Shown: positions 28,901-42,194, counted from the whole stretch's first letter. The stretch: 63,321 bases of DNA, filler included, from Octopus bimaculoides (GCF_001194135.2; 6 parts of 6 records of this genome joined end to end with filler, not necessarily neighbours in it), one strand, 5' to 3'. The notes: generated by a model from the sequence alone, not told the origin. A program made the numbers and translations.

Positions 28901-29761
28901 ATAAATTTCGAAAAATTTTGGTTAATGGTAACAACAGCATATTAACTTAAACATGCGTTAAGTATCATATCATATTATTCCATAAGTTCTGTCTGAATTT
29001 TGATTAAAGAAAACAAATGATCAAATGTTATATTTAATTGAAATTTAATCATCAATGTACTTTCCCTGATTGTCTATGACTTCCTTCTATCTATTTACAA
29101 GCTTTTTAATCCCATTCGATTCACTAAAGCGGGTCTTTATTTCTTTAAAGTTTAGTAAAAACGCTCTAATTGCTGACAGTAATAGACTTGAGCATTGATT
29201 GGTGCATTAGATGGTAACTATTCAAAGTGAATTACAAAGTGAATTCAAAGTGAATCAGTTCATAAATATATCGAGAAGATATTTGTTATAAACCAATCTG
29301 ATGTCTCCAGGAAGGATCTGTTAAGAAATATGTACTGATACAACATGTTTAGATATACCATTGTTCCTGCACAGTGAACGAAAGAGTTATACATTGAAAG
29401 AAGATCGGGCATCATTTTCCACAATATCTATAGATATAAAAATCATTGGAGTAATAAACAACCTATGTAGAGAACTAGATCATATATAATTAATTGAGAA
29501 GGTAGTTGTAATCAGTCTTCTGTCGTCTAGAACCGGATTATAAGATTTGTCGGCATATTGTCAAAAGTAGCGACAATATATTTTGAAACCCTGCCTTATC
29601 GAAAAATTTGTTTCTGTAAACATTGCAACAGAATATTAAAATCATTGACGGCAACAGGCAACACAACTTCCCTCAATATTTGAAAGCAAACGTGATGTGT
29701 GAATTTCACCAAAAACAGATGTAAGTATTATTTCACATATCAATATAGGTACGATAGATAA

Positions 29762-29975
29762 GCCGGCAAGCTGGCAGAAAAGCTACCACACCTAACAAAA
29801 GTGCTTAGCCGTGTTTCGTCCGTCTTGAAGATTTTGAGTTCAAATGTGGACGGATTCGACCTTGTCTTTCATCATTCGGGATCAATAAAATAACTACCAG
29901 TTTGGTAGTGGGGTCGAGGCAATACGCTTAACCCCACCCCGAAATTACTGGCCTTGTGCCAAAATTTGAAATCAA
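29762..29975 (+). mobile_element. SINE family 2 copy
   Basis: Same head, TTTCATC..GATCAATAAAAT and GGCCTTGTGCC. Further copies lie at about 45134-45330 (+) and 47385-47497 (-). Confidence 0.65.
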
Positions 29976-31124
29976 TATAGGCATGATAAACATTCCTGTC
30001 AAAGGAATTTAATGATTGCATTTCCATAATATAATAAATAAATATATGGTGCATCCATCCACTCACTAATACACACACACACACACACACGCATATACAC
30101 ACACACACACATGCACACACACACANNNNNNNNNNNNNNNNNNNNNNNNNNNNNNNNNNNNNNNNNNNNNNNNNNNNNNNNNNNNNNNNNNNNNNNNNNN
30201 NNNNNNNNNNNNNNNNNNNNNNNNNNNNNNNNNNNNNNNNNNNNNNNNNNNNNNNNNNNNNNNNNNNNNNNNNNNNNNNNNNNNNNNNNNNNNNNNNNNN
30301 NNNNNNNNNNNNNNNNNNNNNNNNNNNNNNNNNNNNNNNNNNNNNNNNNNNNNNNNNNNNNNNNNNNNNNNNNNNNNNNNNNNNNNNNNNNNNNNNNNNN
30401 NNNNNNNNNNNNNNNNNNNNNNCCGAATGTGTGTAAATATGTATAAAATAATATAACAGTTGAATAAAGTTACATCATTGTCTTGTTTCCACAGTTTTTT
30501 TATCATTGCAATTCAAAACATTTTTTTACAATGTTGAAGGGTTAAACATTAAAAAAATGTACTGACTAATGTTCATAACGTTAAATTAGCGCTTTCATAC
30601 GTCCACGGTAATCATCAGATTTCAAAGTGTGTTGATTGACGGTTGAGTTGAAATCTTGACAGCTGTAGCAAAATAACAGACTTCTTCCTTTTTATACCGT
30701 TTCGACCTAGAAAGTTCCGACAAGCTGATTCTTTTGAATACTGTTTTGACCAATCAGCAAGCACCTTAAACGTCACTGTGTGATATTACATAGATCCCGC
30801 CTTTATTTTAACCAAATAACTTGCAGTTTGCTTGTAATGGTTTTATGAGTGAGCAAATTTAGTTGGTTTCGATCTGTGGAAGTCTTCTGTAATTTGCTTA
30901 TATTCATATATCAAAGATATTTTTAACTCCACATCGATAACTGGTTGTTATATTATTGCCTTTTCCATTTATGACATGTTTAAACATTTTATTTAAATGC
31001 CTTTCTTTGATCTGTCTTCCAACCTCATTTGTGTCATATAGATTGTGGAAAGGAAAAAACTAGGGGGATTTTCTGACTACAGATTTTTATATGTTCGCCC
31101 AATGGGACTTTAGTGCTCCGTATT

Positions 31125-31126
<2 letters not shown>

Positions 31127-31201
<75 letters not shown>
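31127..31201. repeat. (TA)n microsatellite
   Basis: Seen directly in the sequence. Confidence 0.95.
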
Positions 31202-31204
<3 letters not shown>

Positions 31205-31206
<2 letters not shown>

Positions 31207-31530
31207 CGGCACGCTATCGGTTACGGCGACGAGGATTCCACCAGCTGATCCGATTAAAGGAACAGCTTTCTCGTAAAATTAATGTGCAAGTAGCTGAACA
31301 CTCCACAGACACGCGTGCCCTTAACGTAGTTCTCAGGCAGATTCAGCGTTACACAGAATGTGACAAGGCCGGTCCTTTGAAATAATACAGGTAAACTTAA
31401 TTTTTGCCAGCTGGGTGGACTGAGGCAACGTGAAATAAAGTGTCGTGCTCAAGGACACAACTCCTCGCCGGGAATTGAACTCACGTCCTTATGACCGTGA
31501 GTTGAATACCCAAACTACAAAGCCATATAT
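31205..31530 (-). mobile_element. SINE sharing the central domain of 7470-7708, with a different 3' part
   Basis: Plus strand TTTTTGCCAGCTGGGTGGACTG..CAACGTGAAAT..GCTCAAGGACACAAC..GGAATTGAACTC. Confidence 0.65.
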
Positions 31531-32152
31531 TGAGCTATGCAGATAATTATACAAGCATGCATACATACATGCATATATACGTACGTCCTTAGAAACATAC
31601 CTACGTACATATACATACATATTGCGAAAGATAAAAAGGTATCCAGTTATATTGATAGGGAGACAAAGAAATCTAATTTTACCAAAAGTTATTCAATTTG
31701 ATGGTGCTGATTCCATTTTATAGAGTTGCATGATAAATATTTAATCGTTGGAATAAATTGTAGAAAATGAGCACATTCGTGAGACAATTGTTTGGAATAG
31801 ACGAAGTGTTAGTACTTAGAATAATTGATTTTGTAGTTAAGATATACACCAGATAATACTTGTAGATGTTAATTTTTCTTTGCTTAAAAGAAAGGCACTG
31901 ATGTCAATGCAGTTAAAAACGAAAAGAAAGAGAACAAACGAGGTAACAAACGAATGAATATAATACATCTGATTTTAAATAAATCACAATTGATAATAAA
32001 TGAGGTTATATATCAAATATACGAAAAACAAATGAAATCTGCAAAGAGTTCGTTTATAAATCTTTAAGTGCTAGATTTGCATTGTAGAAATCCATTCGTT
32101 CCATTTGTGGTTTATCTATGCATACACACACACACACATACGCACGCATACG

Positions 32153-32227
<75 letters not shown>

Positions 32228-32425
32228 NNNNNNNNNNGTGTGTGGGGGGCGTGTGTGTGTGTGTGTGTGTATACATATACATATACATACATATAAATAG
32301 ATAGATAAATAAATATAAATTTAGATTTGTTTCGATATAATTTAATCTGTTTAAACTAGTATGGTAATAACCTTTCAATGACCGGTTCATCGTGTACGTG
32401 TATATACAAATACATACATACATAC

Positions 32426-32480
<55 letters not shown>

Positions 32481-32485
32481 TACAA

Positions 32486-32518
<33 letters not shown>

Positions 32519-32699
32519 CATACAGACATAATCAGTATTCAATTAATAGAAGAAAAGTAATGGAGAATTGAAAGTTGATGATTATTTATTAATAAAGTGA
32601 TGCTTCACATTTCCTACAGGTATTTCTCTTGTGCTCATTAAATAGATTACAAATTTATGCTTTAAATTCGCATTTATCAGAAAGGAACACAATATCATC

Positions 32700-34900
32700 A
32701 AGGAAAATGATATAAAGTAAAAGATTACAATAAAGGATATAGTATAAGAGATTACAGTAAAAGTGTACTTACAACAATTAATTTTGAAGCCAAAACGATT
32801 ACGTCTGGATTCCGTATTGATGATAGAACTAAACCATGTATTCCTATTATATCTACAATAACTTTGAAACACCTTAAAGATAACTTCCAAATAACCCGAA
32901 GGTTAGATTAATATGCCCGGGAAAGTCGGACTTATTTCGATTAAGTAAAATTATGTCAGATAAATATATACAAACAATTAGAAACAATATTTCTCTCGAA
33001 CTATGGTATAATATTCAAGCAGCTATTAATTGGTTTAATAATATTGAAAATAAGGATAAATATAATTTTTACACATAGACATTGACAATTATTATTCCTC
33101 TAGCAACCTTATTGTACTAAAAAAAAACCTTTTTGCCAGACCTCATACTAACCTTAATATGAATGAAATTAATGTTATCCTAGCTGCTTGAAAATCTAGA
33201 GTGAAGTTTGATAGTAAATATTGGACTAGAAAATACGCATCTAATTACTTCGACATCCCAATTGGTACCGCTGATTCGGTCCAAGTAATGGATCTCGTTG
33301 GAATTTATCTTTTGTATAATCTACATGATAAATCTCCCGAAATTAGGGGCGGTTTATTATAGGGAAGACGCAGTTTTTGTCATCTAAAATGCATCTAATA
33401 AAAATAGAATTATTTAAGAAAACACTCTATATATCTTTCAAAGGATATGGACTCTTTATCTCTGTTGAAAAGGATAATAACTCAGCTATGTTTTAGGTGC
33501 TAATTTAAACCATATAACTGGTTAGCCTTTTCATAAATTAAATACGAATTTAAGTTACATTAATTTCCTTATTAATCATCCAGGATCAATTAAAAACCCG
33601 TTAATCTCCAAGATAGGGAAACAAAGTATCAAATGTATCATATAATGAAGAAATATTTAAGGAACATGCAGATTATTACAACATAGCTCTAGCTAAATCT
33701 TGATTTAGAGAAAAGATCAAATGCCCTCCACAAGATGATAAAATTATGCATGATAGAATAAATTATACGACAGGAACTAAAACTGAAAAGACTGCTAATT
33801 CAATCAAAGATAAACCTATAAGTAAAAACAAACGTAGAATTAATAAATTATCTATTATTAAATTGTTAAGTGGTAATTGTGATAATAAAATCGAAATAAA
33901 TTAACTTCAACCTCGAAATAGAAAATCAATATAGGAAAAACTAATATTAAATTATATTATAAACATAATATAATAATAATGAACTCATAAATAAGTATAA
34001 TTATTCTAATAACAACAAACACGTAAATAATAAACCGATAATTCCCTTGAAAACTCATCCCATTGATAGTCCACGTAATACTTGTAATAGAAAAATAAAC
34101 CATATAACACTTCCATAAATTTTACTAAATCAAATATAAATCATAATCTCTCTAAAGATAATTCTAAATAATCTAATACGATTTGGCTTATTATTACATA
34201 ACTATTCAAATTAAAAATAATTTAATCAACTCTCTATATAAGTCTATTTATAACCATTTTAACAACGATTATAAACCTGTTCATAATTATATCACCTATA
34301 AACAATAAAAGATTAGTTTCTATAGAAATAGAAATATCCACTACAATATTTCACCTCAAAACCAACTTAACCTCTCAAATATAAATAAAAATGTTAATGG
34401 CTATAAACACCTTAATGTTACAAGGGAAATAACCCATATTTTCCCTTCCTAATAATACTTCGAATAATATACAAAAAGATATGAATTAAATTCGTGACTG
34501 TAAAGTTAAGATTAATTTTAAATAAAAAATCTACGTAAGAAAGATAACTTTGTTTACCAATGTATAGTTGAATCTCAAGGAAAGATGTTCTATTAAGTAT
34601 GGTCAACAGAAAATAGAATTAAGATCAGAGTGGCTACCCACTAACATAGCTTTAATAATAGAAAAAAATTAATTCTACTGGATTAAGTAAGTTCAAATGG
34701 GAATTAAATGATAATAACATTGAATTTAATATTAAATAGATTTCGAGTTTTGTAGAGTCATAAAATTTCCATCAAAAGATGTCGGTTGTGTAATGAAGAA
34801 GCATATAAAATCCTTCTATGTAGAAAATGTTTACATAATTTAAGGAAAGAAATAATGTAACTTGCCTTCATTCAGCGAAATATGTTTTCTCTAAGTATAA
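32700..34900 (+). mobile_element. Decayed near-full-length Penelope-like element (RT + GIY-YIG endonuclease)
   Basis: Across stops and frameshifts: ITLKHLKDNFQ-NPKVRLICPGKS, NWFNNIENK, FDIPIGTADSVQVMDLVGIYLL, GL-YRED (approximates GLYRDD), NHPGSIK, SYNEEIFKEHADYY. Then FVYQCIVE..FY*VWSTENRIKIRVATH*HSF..STGLSKFKWEL and RCRLCNEEAYKIL..N.RKEIM..CLH. The motif order is typical of Penelope-like RT and GIY-YIG domains. Confidence 0.85.
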
Positions 34901-35606
34901 TTATGCTTTATATTCATAATATATGGTAATATTACAACTATATAATATACTATTCATATAGTATCCTCAATATACTATTCATATAGTATCCTCTAACATT
35001 TAGGACATATATTACCTAGTGATATAACAGAGTAGAGTCATTAAAAATATTTCATAATTTTATCTATGTATACTAATTGAGATAGCTATTATTGATTACA
35101 CTACTTATTATACATAGTACATTCGACTTTATTACCTTAAATTAACAACTAAAATTCTAACAATATCCTAAACAATAATTAATAATACTTGTTAATTATT
35201 TTACTGATATTAACTTAATCACCTCGTATTGAATAGATTTTCTAACTATTTCTATTAACATTAATTAAGAAGACAACGAAACAAATGCCTGTCTATAACT
35301 AGTACAACAGGCTTTCGATATTTATACCTAACTGAATATTTATAACTCTTATCTTACAATACATAATATTTTCGGCCTATTACCTTACGTTAATATTAGT
35401 TTTAAACTATGATTAACAATAACTATTAATTAAATTATATAGATCGAAATAAGTTTCCATATATTGATAATATCTCGAAATCCGTTGTATAAATAACATT
35501 TGTGGTGACGTAATATACAAGATCTCTCTATATAGAAGGTAAACAAACAGTATTTATTCATCGTGCCGCCGAAATAAATGCCTATGGTTATCATTTAATG
35601 TAAATC

Positions 35607-36180
35607 TTACTATAATGGGCGTTATGTACGTCTGTCTGTCCGTCTGTTCGTCTGTCCTTCTGTCTGTCTGTTCCCTCTTCACGGTCAAACGGATGGACCA
35701 ATGGTCATGATGTTCTTCGAGATTACGAAGGAGGTAATTAGCCTGGGTTTTTAGCGAAAAAAATGTGAAAATGTATGATAATTTAGTGGATTTTGAGTTT
35801 TGTATCAATAAATCACCTTTGATGTCTTTTTTATTAAAATTCAGGCTACGAGCATTAACTCTGGATTCCCTCCACCCTGTATAGTTATTGAATTTAGAGA
35901 GTTTAGATTTGTGATACTATCCGTTTACTTCCCATCGGAGATGGGCAGATTTGTTATTTTACTATAATGGGCGTTATATCCGTCTCTCGGTCTGTTCCCT
36001 CTTCACGACCAGACGCCTCGACCAAAATTACGAGAATTTTCACAGATATCAATTTTTGAATTGATAAACCAACTTCGCATTTTCATTTTAAAAATTCACC
36101 GACTACGAGTGACTCTGGATGTTCATTGTATAGTTCGTGGCCTTATCGTAGATATGAAGGGGGTCGCGAAGACGTTTAAT
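35607..36180 (+). mobile_element. Two tandem HINE/DINE-like units
   Basis: Both units start TTACTATAATGGGCGTTAT (35607 and 35959) and carry (CTGT/CCGT)n and CTGTTCCCTCTTCACG. Unit 1 ends with the hairpin CCCATC-GGA-GATGGG (35931-35945) in a T-rich junction. Confidence 0.5.
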
Positions 36181-38732
36181 AGCGTGCATAAAATGGAAAA
36201 GGTGTGTGACAGTATATGGTGTGTGTGATTATTTAGTGGTTATTGAAGTGAGTCAGTTTCGAGCAGGATTCAAAACGGCTAATCGAATCGGCTGTTGTTT
36301 ACATATCAGCCTTGTCAAATAAAATAACCCATGGAACCAGAACATCCAGACATTATTCGCATAGGACAGTGAAAGGTAAGATTTAGTTTGATTTTTTTTT
36401 CAAGCCTAAAGATTCCGCTCGCACATTCACTTTATATCGCGTAGGTGTATTTTTATCCACTCCGATGTTTACACAGCCAATTATAAGTCGCTATGAGTAG
36501 ATTAAAGGACTCCAGTAATTTCAAAATTAGTGTCGACCAAACAGAAAATATCGTCTACAAAGAAGTTTTGTAAAGATATCGATATTATCGAAAGGAATAT
36601 GATTCATACTTTAAATACGGAAATTTGTGAACTTTGAATGTTTAAGAATATAAACAAGAGTAAAATAGTGTAAACAACTAAAATAAAAATATCTCGAAAT
36701 AGCATTTTTCTTCAAATATTTTGTCTAGTGGTCGAAACCAGCTCTGGCTTACGTTAAAAGTGGTCCACAGAACCATTCATAGTACGGAGGCTGAGAGCCT
36801 AATTCAATTCGGGAGTGATTCGTCATCACATGTCACTTAGTCGCAAACACGTCATATAGCTGTAATAGAATGCGGTATCACCAACAATAATGCGATTTCT
36901 CTAAGACATCACTCAGTAATATACCAGGTCTATTTACACATTTCTCCATACGTACGTACCTCCCTCATTTTATGCCTTCATCGTAGATGAGTAGATTTGC
37001 TACTGTATTTAATAGAAGTGTTAATTAAATCACGCTTAATATAAACAAATACTATCGAATTAACTATATAATGCGAATATATTTGTATGATTATATGTCT
37101 AATGTACGTACTATATTGTGCGTGTATTCGCGTATCTATGCATTCATGATTACATGCGCATGTACATAGATATATGTATATATATGTGTGCGCGTGTTTG
37201 TGTGTGTGTATGAATGAGCGTGTATGTGTGTGTATATATATATATAGATAGATAGATTTATATATATACATATATATACATATATACATATGTATATATA
37301 TATANNNNNNNNNNNNNNNNNNNNNNNNNNNNNNNNNNNNNNNNNNNNNNNNNNNNNNNNNNNNNNNNNNNNNNNNNNNNNNNNNNNNNNNNNNNNNNNN
37401 NNNNNNNNNNNNNNNNNNNNNNNNNNNNNNNNNNNNNNNNNNNNNNNNNNNNNNNNNNNNNNNNNNNNNNNNNNNNNNNNNNNNNNNNNNNNNNNNNNNN
37501 NNNNNNNNNNNNNNNNNNNNNNNNNNNNNNNNNNNNNNNNNGTATATATATATATGCATGCGATTATTATTTTGGGTCTTTTATTACCATATAATTCCAC
37601 ACAAGCGCATATATTGAGAAACCGTTATGATTAGACGATTTCAGAAACGCTAAACTGCATATAAAGTCATTTGAATTTGTCCACCCAATGGGCACTAACT
37701 AGTACATCAATTCTATTCTATTCTACCTTATTTTATTTTTGTTCTACTTTTATTTGTTTATTTTATTTTTATTTTTATCTTTCTTATTTCATATTTTATA
37801 CCTGTTATTTTTAAATGTATTTACATGTTATATTATATTATTTTATTTATTCTACCTTATTATTTATCTTACTTTATTTCTTATATTCAAATTAATCCGT
37901 TAACCCTCACGAACACACAAAAATAAAAATCAAATACCTACAAATAAGGTCAACTTAGAGGTCAAAATGTAATCTTTTATTGTAAAACTTTTTTTCCTGA
38001 TGATGCTGTGTTCATATATTATAAATTTAAGCATATATTTGTAATGTATTTAATGAGCACAATTGAAACAGCTGTCGGAAATATGAAGAATAACTTTATT
38101 AATAAACAATTATTAACTTCTAACTCTCCATTTGCTTTTCTTCTATTAGTTAAATATTGATTATATGCAAAATGTATACCTATTAATTTAAGGAAATTTA
38201 ATTTCCCCAAAATATTAGGTAGAAACCAGTGTTTTCTTGGTTGTAATCATTCATTTAAGAGCTTATTATATTCTCTAATTAACTTTTATATATATATATA
38301 ACATATACACACAAATATACACACAGATATGGGTGTGTATGTATGTGTGTTAGTGTGTATACAAACTTATATGTACTTACGCACACCCATATACTTACAT
38401 ACTTTTGCATATCATTACGTTTAGTTATACATTTATGTGTCAAATTACAAGGTATAAAGGTTTAAATGCATCTGTGTATGTATATTCATACTAAAACTCA
38501 GTGATCTGTAGAAATTGTCTTTACTATGTTTTTACATTGAGTATGTTACAGATATTGCTGTTTTTATCTAATACTACTTTAAGTTATAACAACTACTATC
38601 ACCCGAAGTTCAGCCACTCCCTTATGTGCGCTGAGAAATAACTGCAAAGATGGGTGGAGATTACATAAACAGATATGTGTGCATGTTTGTGTATATGTGT
38701 ATCTATTTATGTTTTATATATGCATATATATA

Positions 38733-38770
38733 TGTGTGTGTGTGTGTGTGCGTGTGTGTGCGTGTGTGTA

Positions 38771-38862
<92 letters not shown>
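38733..38862. repeat. (TG)n microsatellite, one of dozens of di-, tri- and tetranucleotide tracts in the window
   Basis: Seen directly in the sequence. Confidence 0.95.
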
Positions 38863-38865
<3 letters not shown>

Positions 38866-39429
38866 AGCATCGGTATAAATAAGGTTGATTTATAAGCAGT
38901 GACATGGCTAGTAGCAATTTGTCTCATGTAAGAATTACCTCTACTCATTATGTATTGATGAGCAAATTCTAACCAAGAAAGAACAAGTAACTTACTTTAC
39001 TCGGTCGATTGGTATTTGTAGGATCGATATTAGAATATTTATACAAATTTGCATTACTTACACTTACAGTTTTTCATTGCAGAATGAAAAACATTTTCCA
39101 TTATGGAGAGAAAATTCTATCATTTCTGAGGAAATGGTTTTCTTATTATTGTTTATCTTATATTATATTCGAGAAAGCTATTTTGCATTCTGTCAACCAA
39201 GTGTTTTTCCTATTTAAGAGAAAATATATCAGTTTTACATTTTACAGATTTATTACATACGTACTAAGCTTCATGTATACATACGTATATTTATGAGTCG
39301 TCTTTTTTTTTCATGTACTGTGTACGTGTGTGCGTGTGCGTGCGTGTGGGTGTGAATCGGTGCGTATAGATATAAACTTTAAATGTACGCAGGTAGGTTG
39401 GTAGGTACGTAGGTACGTAGGTAGGTAGG

Positions 39430-39487
<58 letters not shown>

Positions 39488-40100
39488 CCATCTATATGGT
39501 TCCAATTTATTTGAATGAATTGAAACATTTTGTTGCTTTTATTTTATTTGGATCCCTATGTGTCATACTGAAATTATCCAATTTATTATGTATTCGACAA
39601 GCACGAGACTAAGGTGACAGAAATGAAAGCATATTGAAATATTGACACCAATTTCGCTATCATTTCTTCTTCTCTTACAAAAACTTATAATGTGAGGGAA
39701 GGTTTTTGTCACATGTATTTATATAAGTTAAAAAATCATTCCAATACAAGAAGATACAAAGAAATGTTGATGCACTCTACAAAAAAGTATTGAGTAATCC
39801 TTCAGTTACGTTTTAATGTTTTTTTTTGATATGTGAGTCAGCATGAGAAGAAGCATTCCTATACATATAATATAAATATATGTGACTGAGTGTTTGTGTG
39901 TGTGTCTGTACATGTGTGTATGTGTATATGTACATATATATATATACACACACATATATATATACATATATATACATGCATATTATTATCACAAACAAAT
40001 ATAAACGTAGACATACATAAACACACACACAAGCACAAACACAAGTATATGCATGTATGTAGATATATACATATATATATATGTATCTATATACATATAC

Positions 40101-40170
<70 letters not shown>

Positions 40171-40765
40171 CGTGCGTGTGCGTGTGTGTGTATGTATGTG
40201 TGAGTGTGCGCGCGCGTGCCTGTGTGTGTGTGTATGTGCGAGTGTGCGTGTAATTATCCTTAGGATATGTTGACAGAATTCACGTGGGTTCTCTGTACAT
40301 GCTATTTATATAACGAATTTAGATTCCTTTATCTGTCAACAATTTTTCAATTTATTACTTTTATTGGAATTTCTAATTATACTCATGAAACTAGAAATCG
40401 ATTGCATATCTATTTTAAATCTATTGCCTAAACTCAACTCTCCAGATCCCAGTTCTCTTCAACGTATCATCTGTAATTAATTTTCTGATTCGCAATTCTT
40501 TTCAGTTGCTATTTGAACAACTGTAAATGTATGAAAACAAATATAATTTTTCATTCACATCACTTCATATCACTCTTTTTTTATGGTAATTTTGTTTTCC
40601 CATTTTTAATATTACACAAATAGTGCAGAATAATTTCCTAAAATACTTCAGAGTAATCTATGAAGATCTAATTAAAAAATCAAACATTTCGTTGATAGTC
40701 ATTCAGCTTATATTTTCCGAAGTAGATTTCTTGTAACTTTTGAGATATATGACAATAATAATAAC

Positions 40766-40860
<95 letters not shown>
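40766..40860. repeat. (TTA)n(GTA)n compound microsatellite
   Basis: Seen directly in the sequence. Confidence 0.95.
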
Positions 40861-41102
40861 CGGCGGCGAGCTGATAGATTATTTAGCATGCTGGGGTAAT
40901 TGACAAAATGCTTAGCGGCATTTCGTCCGTCCTTACATTCTGAGTTCGAATTCTGACGTGATCAACTTTGCCTGTTATTCTGTCGGAGTCGATCAAATAA
41001 GTATCACCTACGCACTGCAGTTGATGTAATCGACTACCAACCTGCCCTAATATTTTAGGCTTTGTGCCTATAGTAAAAAGGATTATTATCATTATTATTA
41101 TT
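40861..41102 (+). mobile_element. tRNA-headed SINE family 2
   Basis: GGCGGCGAGCTG..GAGTTCGAATTC..GTCGAT.AAATAAGTA..GGCTTTGTGCCTATAGTAAAAAG(GATTATT)n. Confidence 0.7.
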
Positions 41103-41398
41103 CATATAGACACAACGGATTAGAATGATGGTAAAGAAAAATTCCTAACATCGGACTACAACAAGTAACTTTAGATGCCAAGAACCCTCCTAAGTATTCT
41201 AGCTGTTCTTAATAACACTGTTTTCTGGAACTGCACTAAACTGGGTTTTACGCCTATTTCCTCTATCCATCTGTTCAAATCTATATTGATAGTTCTTAAT
41301 GCACCTATAACTACTTGGATATATTTTACGCGTACTTTCCATAGTTTCTGTAATTCAATGACTAGGTCCTGGTATTTTGCTGTTTTTCAATATCTCTC
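41085..41398 (-). mobile_element. R4/Dong-like element 3' end (RLE C-terminus, 3' UTR, (AAT)n tail)
   Basis: KTAKYQDLVIELQKLWKVRVKYIQVVIGALRT..QFQKTVLLRTARILRRVLGI* (stop at 41173-41171), a 3' UTR of about 70 nt, then AATAATAAT. Confidence 0.8.
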
Positions 41399-41453
<55 letters not shown>

Positions 41454-41763
41454 CCACACGTGGATTCTGGAAACACTAGCCATAAACAAGGTGGCACCAA
41501 TTATCATAAAATACATAGAGCACTCAATGAACAAATGGCAGACAGTGCTACAGCTCCAAACAAAAGAGGGACTTGTGAAAACGAAAGCCATCCCCATTAG
41601 AAGAGGAATATTCCAGGGAGACACGCTCTCTCCACTCCTGTTCTGCCTGGCACTCACACCTCTAACAGAATTGCTAAATAGAACTGGATGCGGTTACAAA
41701 TGCTATGGAAAAACAGTCAGCCACCTTCTATATATGGATGACCTAAAATTATATGCAAAAGAC
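41454..41763 (+). mobile_element. R4/Dong-like non-LTR retrotransposon RT fragment, 5'-truncated, running into a gap
   Basis: Stop-free HTWILETL..RRGIFQGDTLSPLLFCLALTPL..VSHLLYMDDLKLYAKD, starting directly after a (TAA)n tract. Confidence 0.85.
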
Positions 41764-41807
41764 NNNNNNNNNNNNNNNNNNNNNNNNNNNNNNNNNNNNN
41801 NNNNNNN

Positions 41808-41819
41808 TTAATTAATTAA
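41808..41819. other. Assembly gap spacer TTAATTAATTAA (also at 15030, 50741, 55443, 61591)
   Basis: An identical 12-mer with stops in all six frames, found only in the middle of N-runs. This is an artefact. Confidence 0.9.
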
Positions 41820-41863
41820 NNNNNNNNNNNNNNNNNNNNNNNNNNNNNNNNNNNNNNNNNNNN

Positions 41864-42150
41864 ATCGTTGCCAGTGCCCCTGAACTGGCTCTTGTGCGGG
41901 TGACACATGAGGTTTTTCGAGCGAGATGAGCGTGGCCATTGCCAGTACCGCCTGACTGGCCTTCGTGCGGGTGACACGTAAAAGCACCCACTACACTCTC
42001 TGAGTGGTTGGCGTTAGGAAGGGCATCCAGCTGCAGAAACTCTGCCAAATCAGATTGGAACCTGGTGTAGCCATCTGGTTTCACCAGTCCTCAGTCAAAT
42101 CGTCCAACCCATGCTAGCATGGAAAGCGGACGTTAAACGACGACGACGAT
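41864..42150 (+). mobile_element. RTE-type 3' UTR/tail fragment
   Basis: ..GTGGTTGGCGTTAGGAAGGGCATCCAGCTG..CATGCTAGCATGGAAAGCGGACGTTAAAC(GAC/GAT)n. Confidence 0.75.
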
Positions 42151-42194
42151 ATATATATATTTAAACAGTCAATATTTTAAAAAACAAAATTTAC

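Noticed and set aside
34944-34993. Exact 25-bp tandem duplication with an internal hairpin, superficially CRISPR-like
   Set aside because: Only two adjacent units with no spacer, in a eukaryotic context; a simple slippage duplication.
38590-38690. NNCKDGWRLHKQICV, resembling the start of a C-type lectin
   Set aside because: It merges into a (TG)n tract, has no donor site and shows no further lectin motifs.
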